The notes beneath the pieces were generated by a model. That model searched no databases and was not told where the DNA came from. It worked only from the letters and a program-made list of their open reading frames with translations. A program made the translations under genes and the position numbers. This document shows, in pieces, positions 59,095-64,000 of a DNA stretch of 64,000 nt (its first letter is position 1; each line of letters starts with the position of its first letter). Source of the stretch: a bacterium (lineage in GTDB: Bacteria; SAR324; XYD2-FULL-50-16); the NCBI GenBank assembly GCA_032250835.1, contig JAVVEA010000007.1, positions 64,001-128,000 of the forward strand. The letters are read 5' to 3'.

Positions 59095-59975
59095 TGCGCA
59101 CCAAGGCCTACAAACCCCATAAGGAACGGCCCGAAGCGGAACTCTTTAAGAAAGTCCGCGCCGTCCAACTGGCCAGCCGCAAACGGGTGGACGACCACCT
59201 AGCGGGCGAGTACCAGAGCGCCTTTCGGGGCCGGGGGATGGAGTTCGACCAAGTCCGCGAATATGACTCCACCGACGACCCCAGGCACATTGACTGGATG
59301 GTCACCGCCCGCACCGGCCATCCCTTTGTGAAGACCTTTGTGGAAGAACGGGAGCTTTCGGTGGTCTTTCTGATCGACGGTTCGGGCAGTTCGGACTTCG
59401 GCCAAGGGGCGCAAAGCCGCTTTGAGCTAGCGGTAGAAATATTGGCGACCTTGGGCTTAAGCGGGGTGCGCAAAAACGATTCCTTGGGCCTGTTGGTTTT
59501 TACCAGCGAGGTGGAGTTGTTCATCCCCCCGCGCAAGGGGCGCAAGCACTTCCTGCGGCTGGTGCGCGAATTACTGGCCTTTGTCCCCCAACACCGGGGG
59601 ACCGACCTAGCCCAGGCGCTGGAATTTTGCAACCAAGCACTCAAGCGGCGCGGGATCAGCTTTTTGATCAGCGACTTCTTAGACCCCAAAGACTTTTCCA
59701 AACCTCTGCGGCACCTAGCCAAGCGCCAAGACCTGGTCTGTATCGAGACCGGAACGCCCCCGGAGGCGTCCTTAAGCGGATTGGGCCTATTGGAGGTGAC
59801 GGACTTAGAGGCGGGGCGTCAAGTGACGATAGACACGGGCCGCTTGGCAAACAGCGGGCGTGACCTAAGCACCTATCTACGGGCCCAGGGGGCGGACTAC
59901 CTACAGGTTGCCGAGGCCGAAGAACTATCGAGCCAGCTAGAAGCCTTCTTCCGGCAGAGGAGACACCGCCGATGA
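59094..59975 (+). CDS. DUF58 family protein
   Basis: GRGMEFDQVREY...IDWMVTAR...EEREL; follows MoxR. Confidence 0.92.
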   Translation: MRTKAYKPHKERPEAELFKKVRAVQLASRKRVDDHLAGEYQSAFRGRGMEFDQVREYDSTDDPRHIDWMVTARTGHPFVKTFVEERELSVVFLIDGSGSSDFGQGAQSRFELAVEILATLGLSGVRKNDSLGLLVFTSEVELFIPPRKGRKHFLRLVRELLAFVPQHRGTDLAQALEFCNQALKRRGISFLISDFLDPKDFSKPLRHLAKRQDLVCIETGTPPEASLSGLGLLEVTDLEAGRQVTIDTGRLANSGRDLSTYLRAQGADYLQVAEAEELSSQLEAFFRQRRHRR

Positions 59976-60823
59976 AGTCCGGTTTATTAACCTTCCTGGC
60001 CCTCTGCTGGGCTCCAACCCTCTGGGCCTTGACCCTCACCGCCCAGATCGACTCGCCCTCTCTGACGCTGGGTCAGTGGCAGGTTTGGGGCCTCACCGCC
60101 CAATATGGAAAAGAGGCCCAGGACCTACAAATCACCGGCCCCCAAGTGCCCGAGGCGTTCTTGAAGGGTCCGCAAGTAGAGACCCACTTTAAAGACGGTC
60201 AATGGAGCCGCCAATGGATTTGGGAGGTGATGGCCCTAAAGCCCGGTGAGGTTTCTTTGCCTCCGGTGGCCCTTAAATACCGCCAAGCTGGCCAAGAACA
60301 AACCGCACTCAGCGAGGCCTTGAGTTTTCAGGTCCAACCGGCGGCCGAGAATTCCTTGGCCCCCTCAATGGGCCCCTTCCAGCCCTCCTTTGACCCGAAG
60401 TTTTTATTGATCGGGTTATTGGGCTTTTGCTGTTTGGTTATGCCCTTAGCCCTTTGGGTTTACCGCCGTCCCCAAGCCGCCGCCCCACCGATAAGTGCCG
60501 CCCAAAAGGCGCTGGCCCGCTTAGAAGCCTTAGCGCCGCTGGTGGAGTCTGGTGAGTTTAAGCAGCTTCATGTCTCGCTTAGCGAATGCCTCAAAGACTA
60601 CCTTTCGGCCCAGTTGGGCCTACCCGCCAAGGGGCAGACCACCGAGGAATTTCTAGCCGCCCCCAGTACCCGGCGGGCCTTAAACCCCGCCGAGCGCGAA
60701 GCGCTGGACCGCTACTTCCATCTAGCCGATCAGGTCAAGTTCGCCGCCTATGACCCCGGCCAAGGTTTGAGCCGAGCGGCCCTCGAAAATGCGGCGCAAC
60801 TGATCACCAGCCGGGGGGCCTGA
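59972..60823 (+). CDS. Bat-operon membrane protein (BatD-like/DUF4381-like)
   Basis: Signal peptide, TM, QTTEEF and DQVKFA motifs. Confidence 0.7.
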   Translation: MKSGLLTFLALCWAPTLWALTLTAQIDSPSLTLGQWQVWGLTAQYGKEAQDLQITGPQVPEAFLKGPQVETHFKDGQWSRQWIWEVMALKPGEVSLPPVALKYRQAGQEQTALSEALSFQVQPAAENSLAPSMGPFQPSFDPKFLLIGLLGFCCLVMPLALWVYRRPQAAAPPISAAQKALARLEALAPLVESGEFKQLHVSLSECLKDYLSAQLGLPAKGQTTEEFLAAPSTRRALNPAEREALDRYFHLADQVKFAAYDPGQGLSRAALENAAQLITSRGA

Positions 60824-61863
60824 TGGAGTTCCCCCACTGGCCGAGCGCCTTGGTCTTTTTTTTGGTCTACTTGGTCTTTTTCCTTTGGCACTTTAAGCAT
60901 AAAGGCGGGGCGGCGCTGTTGGTGCCCGACCTGGGTGGATTGGTCAAGGGATCGGTGAGCCCCCGCGTTATGGCGGCCAACCTGTTGCCCTGGTTGCGCT
61001 TGGTCTGTGTGGCCCTTATCGCGGTGGCGCTGAGCCAGCCCCGGGTTGGTGAGACGGCGGTGACCACCGAGCAAGAAGGGGTGGCGATCTTGATGATAAT
61101 GGACCGCAGCAGCAGCATGTTAGACCCGATGGTCTTTCGCGGCCAAGAAACCGAGCGGCTAGAGGTGGTCAAAAAGGTCTTTGAAGAATTTGTCTTAGGT
61201 GATGGCAGCCAACTGAAAGGGCGGCCCGGCGACCGGATTGGCCTGATCACCTTTGCGGGCTTCGCCGAAGAGATTTCACCTTTGACCTTAGACCACCAGA
61301 GCCTAGTCCACTTTGCCCGGACGGTCCAGGTGGCCCAACGTTTTGAAGACGGCACCATGATCGGTGACGCCTTGGAACAAGCCACCCTGCGGATGATCGC
61401 CTACCAGGGATTACTCAAGCGCCAAGGGCACGACCAGCTGGACCTACGCTCGAAGGTGATGATCCTCCTGACCGATGGCCAACAGTCCCAAGGCGGCGTG
61501 GACCCCCTAGAGGCGGCCCAGATGGCCAAACAAAACGGAATCCGGCTATATAGCATCGCCATTGTAGGCAACCAGCGTTCGGCCTTCGGCGGGCTGGGTA
61601 GCTTCTTTCGGCTGAACAATCCTTTCTTGGACACCAGCTTGATCGAAGAGGCGGCGCGTATGACCGGCGGCGGTTTCTTTAAAGCCGACACCGGTGAATC
61701 ACTGGTACAGGTCTACCAAAAGATCGACGAACTAGAAAAAACCAAGTTTGAAGAGAAACGGGTGGTCTATAAAGAGCGCTTCGCCAGTTTCTTGGTACCC
61801 GCTTTGGTTTTATTGCTTTTAGAACTGGCCCTTAGCTGGGGCCCCTTGCGCAAACTCCCTTAA
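60823..61863 (+). CDS. batA: VWA domain protein (BatA-like)
   Basis: DRSSSM MIDAS, DRIGLITFAG, LLTDG and IDELEK motifs. Confidence 0.85.
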   Translation: MEFPHWPSALVFFLVYLVFFLWHFKHKGGAALLVPDLGGLVKGSVSPRVMAANLLPWLRLVCVALIAVALSQPRVGETAVTTEQEGVAILMIMDRSSSMLDPMVFRGQETERLEVVKKVFEEFVLGDGSQLKGRPGDRIGLITFAGFAEEISPLTLDHQSLVHFARTVQVAQRFEDGTMIGDALEQATLRMIAYQGLLKRQGHDQLDLRSKVMILLTDGQQSQGGVDPLEAAQMAKQNGIRLYSIAIVGNQRSAFGGLGSFFRLNNPFLDTSLIEEAARMTGGGFFKADTGESLVQVYQKIDELEKTKFEEKRVVYKERFASFLVPALVLLLLELALSWGPLRKLP

Positions 61864-61873
61864 TAGAAAGGCC

Positions 61874-62254
61874 ATGGTTCAGGTGATCGCTATCGGGATA
61901 GGCGGGATGATCGGCACAATCTGCCGGTTTTACCTGCAAAACTGGGCGCACAGCTTCGCCAGCAATGGCTTGGTGGCATACGGCACTCTGGCGGTGAACT
62001 TGACTGGCTGCTTGTTGATTGGGCTAGTGGCGGCGGTGATGCAGGGTAAAGGCATGGCCGGTTCGGCTCTTTGGATGTTCCTGGTCACTGGCTTGATGGG
62101 CGGTTTGACTACTTTTAGCACCTTTGGGCTAGAAAGCTTTATGTTCTTTAAGACCGGCATGACCCTCAATGGCTTGGCCAACATCGCCGCCCAGGTGTTG
62201 GGCGGTTTGGGTATGGTTTGGTTGGGCAACAAATTGGCGGAGTTCTGGCTGTGA
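61874..62254 (+). CDS. crcB: Fluoride efflux channel Fluc/CrcB
   Basis: GGMIGTICR, GTLAVN and GGLTTFSTF motifs. Confidence 0.93.
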   Translation: MVQVIAIGIGGMIGTICRFYLQNWAHSFASNGLVAYGTLAVNLTGCLLIGLVAAVMQGKGMAGSALWMFLVTGLMGGLTTFSTFGLESFMFFKTGMTLNGLANIAAQVLGGLGMVWLGNKLAEFWL

Positions 62255-63267
62255 ATCCTTTTTGGCGTTTTTTCGAACCCCAAATAGCCCTTTGGTTGTT
62301 GCTGTTGCCACTGCTGTTAGCCTTTGGCCTCTGGCGTTATAAAGAAGGACACAAGGCCTTAGCCCAGCGCTTCAAGCCCGAGTTGTTGGCCCGGCTCTTT
62401 GTGGGGCGGCCTTCACCCTGGCGGCGTTTTGGCTTGCCGCTGCTGGCGGCGGCGTTGCTCCTCTTGGCGCTGATGCGGCCCCAGGGCGACCCCGAACGGG
62501 TGATGGCTCACAAAAAGGGGCGGGACCTAGTGATTCTCTTAGACCTGTCTAAATCTATGTACGCCGAGGATCTACGCCCGAACCGCTTAGAGCGCGCCAA
62601 GGGCATGATCCGTGACCTAGTCGCCGCCCTAGAGGGCGAGCGGATTGCGTTGATCGGCTTTGCTGGGAACGCCAAGTTGCTCTCGCCGTTGACGCTAGAC
62701 TACAACTATTTCGAAAATATTTTAGAGCAAGCCAACCCCGAATCGATCAACCGAGGCGGCACGGCGATTGGCGAAGCCCTACGGCAGGCCCTACAACTGC
62801 TTTTTTACCAAGAAGGCCAACAGGCCCGTGAAATCCTGCTGATCACCGACGGCGAAGACCAAGAGACCGATCCCTTGGGCGCGGCCCAGGCGGCCCAAGC
62901 CAAAGGCGTGGTGGTCCACACGCTGGGCTTAGGTGACCCAGCGGGGGCCCAAATCCCCACGCTCCAAGGCCCGTTGACCTATCAGGGGCAAATTGTTCTG
63001 ACCAAACTAGACCAAGAAACCCTCAAAGCCATCGCCCAAAAAACCGGCGGCGTATACATTCCCGCCGAGACCAAACGGGTTGATCTACCGGACATCTACC
63101 AGCGCTACTTAAACCAAGCGGGCAGTGAGCTCAAAGAAGAACGGGAGGCTTGGGTATGGCAAGAATATTTCCGCTGGGCCCTCTGGCCCGCCGCCCTCTG
63201 TTTACTCTGGGCGCTCCTGGCTGAAACGAAATGGACTTTACATCGCCCCCTAAAGCGCCCAAAGTGA
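62251..63267 (+). CDS. batB: VWA domain protein (BatB-like)
   Basis: GTG start overlapping crcB stop; DLSKSM, PNRLERAK, PLTLDY and ITDGED motifs. Confidence 0.85.
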   Translation: MNPFWRFFEPQIALWLLLLPLLLAFGLWRYKEGHKALAQRFKPELLARLFVGRPSPWRRFGLPLLAAALLLLALMRPQGDPERVMAHKKGRDLVILLDLSKSMYAEDLRPNRLERAKGMIRDLVAALEGERIALIGFAGNAKLLSPLTLDYNYFENILEQANPESINRGGTAIGEALRQALQLLFYQEGQQAREILLITDGEDQETDPLGAAQAAQAKGVVVHTLGLGDPAGAQIPTLQGPLTYQGQIVLTKLDQETLKAIAQKTGGVYIPAETKRVDLPDIYQRYLNQAGSELKEEREAWVWQEYFRWALWPAALCLLWALLAETKWTLHRPLKRPK

Positions 63268-63308
63268 CGGCTAGGTAATTTTTCACCCAAACTTTGAAGG
63301 ATTTAACG

Positions 63309-63992
63309 ATGACGCGATTTTTTATTAGCCTTTCTTTGATGGCCCTGCTGGCCTTCCCCGCGCTAGCTAAAACTCCACTAAAGACCGAGGAAGCCAAGGT
63401 AGGCTACCTGCTGGGTCTGCAATTTGGTTCGACCATGAAGGCCCAGGGCCTTGAAGTAGACATGGAAGCCTTAAAAATGGGTCTTGAGGACGGTCACCAA
63501 GGGAGTAAGCCCCAAATCGACCAAGAGGAAGCCAAAGCGGTGATGGACCGTTTCCGCAAAGACATGATGGGTAAGATGCAAGCAATGCAACAAAAAATGG
63601 CTGCTGAGAACATCGCCACAGGTGAAAAGTTCTTAAAAGAAAACAAAAGCAAGCCCGGCGTAAAGGTGACCAAGTCGGGGTTGCAGTACAAGGTACTCAC
63701 GTCCGGCAAAGGGGCCAAGCCTTCAGCCGACTCGAAGGTTAAGGTCCACTACGAAGGGCGTTTGATCAACGGTCAGGTCTTTGATTCAAGCTACAAGCGC
63801 GGCGAGCCCGCCAGTTTCCCCTTAAACGGAGTGATCGCCGGTTGGACCGAGGCCTTGACCTTGATGACCCCGGGTTCCAAGTGGCAACTCTACATCCCCG
63901 CCAAGTTGGCCTACGGCGAGCGCGGCATGGGCCAGACCATCCCGCCCAATTCGGTGTTGGTCTTCGACGTGGAATTGCTCGAAGTGCTTTAA
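63309..63992 (+). CDS. FKBP-type peptidyl-prolyl isomerase (Mip/FkpA-like)
   Basis: Signal peptide; SGLQYKV, VHYEGRL, FDSS, VIAGW and IPPNSVLVFDVEL motifs. Confidence 0.95.
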   Translation: MTRFFISLSLMALLAFPALAKTPLKTEEAKVGYLLGLQFGSTMKAQGLEVDMEALKMGLEDGHQGSKPQIDQEEAKAVMDRFRKDMMGKMQAMQQKMAAENIATGEKFLKENKSKPGVKVTKSGLQYKVLTSGKGAKPSADSKVKVHYEGRLINGQVFDSSYKRGEPASFPLNGVIAGWTEALTLMTPGSKWQLYIPAKLAYGERGMGQTIPPNSVLVFDVELLEVL

Positions 63993-64000
63993 GATGATCG

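Noticed and set aside
60813-60835. GATGGAGTTCCCC resembling a fluoride riboswitch upstream of crcB
   Set aside because: It encodes the batA start (MEFP), lies 1 kb from crcB, and lacks the P1 partner and downstream GCTGATGAC element

Overview
Bacterial chromosomal window of about 55% GC, densely coding. Gene content and order (stand-alone F0 atpZ/I/B/E block, fliJ-motE-fliK-flgD, class II nrdJ, Bat operon) suggest a deltaproteobacteria-like or SAR324-like Gram-negative; this is an inference. Most of it is housekeeping: flagellar genes, sfsA, bolA/grxD, a PAS-GGDEF cyclase, an MCP, pepA, lexA, argH, lpxC, hemL, GT9 LPS transferases, nrdJ, accD, gmd and other glycan genes, MoxR/VWA genes, crcB and an FKBP. 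The standout is a low-GC island of about 4.7 kb (48.9-53.6 kb) inside the glycan locus. It carries two coupled genes, an uncharacterised 551-aa protein and an 847-aa protein with two PLD HxK motifs, a candidate two-gene anti-phage system. These are bracketed by outward-facing IS3-type ends and, outside those, by inverted arrays of a ~22-bp REP-like palindrome. Other notable signals: a SutA-like microprotein, a tandem candidate LexA operator, a perfect sigma28 promoter on an unknown membrane protein, a CxxCH-bearing chemoreceptor and an orphan PD-(D/E)xK gene. No rRNA, tRNA or CRISPR array was seen. All family calls come from motif recognition, not database searches.
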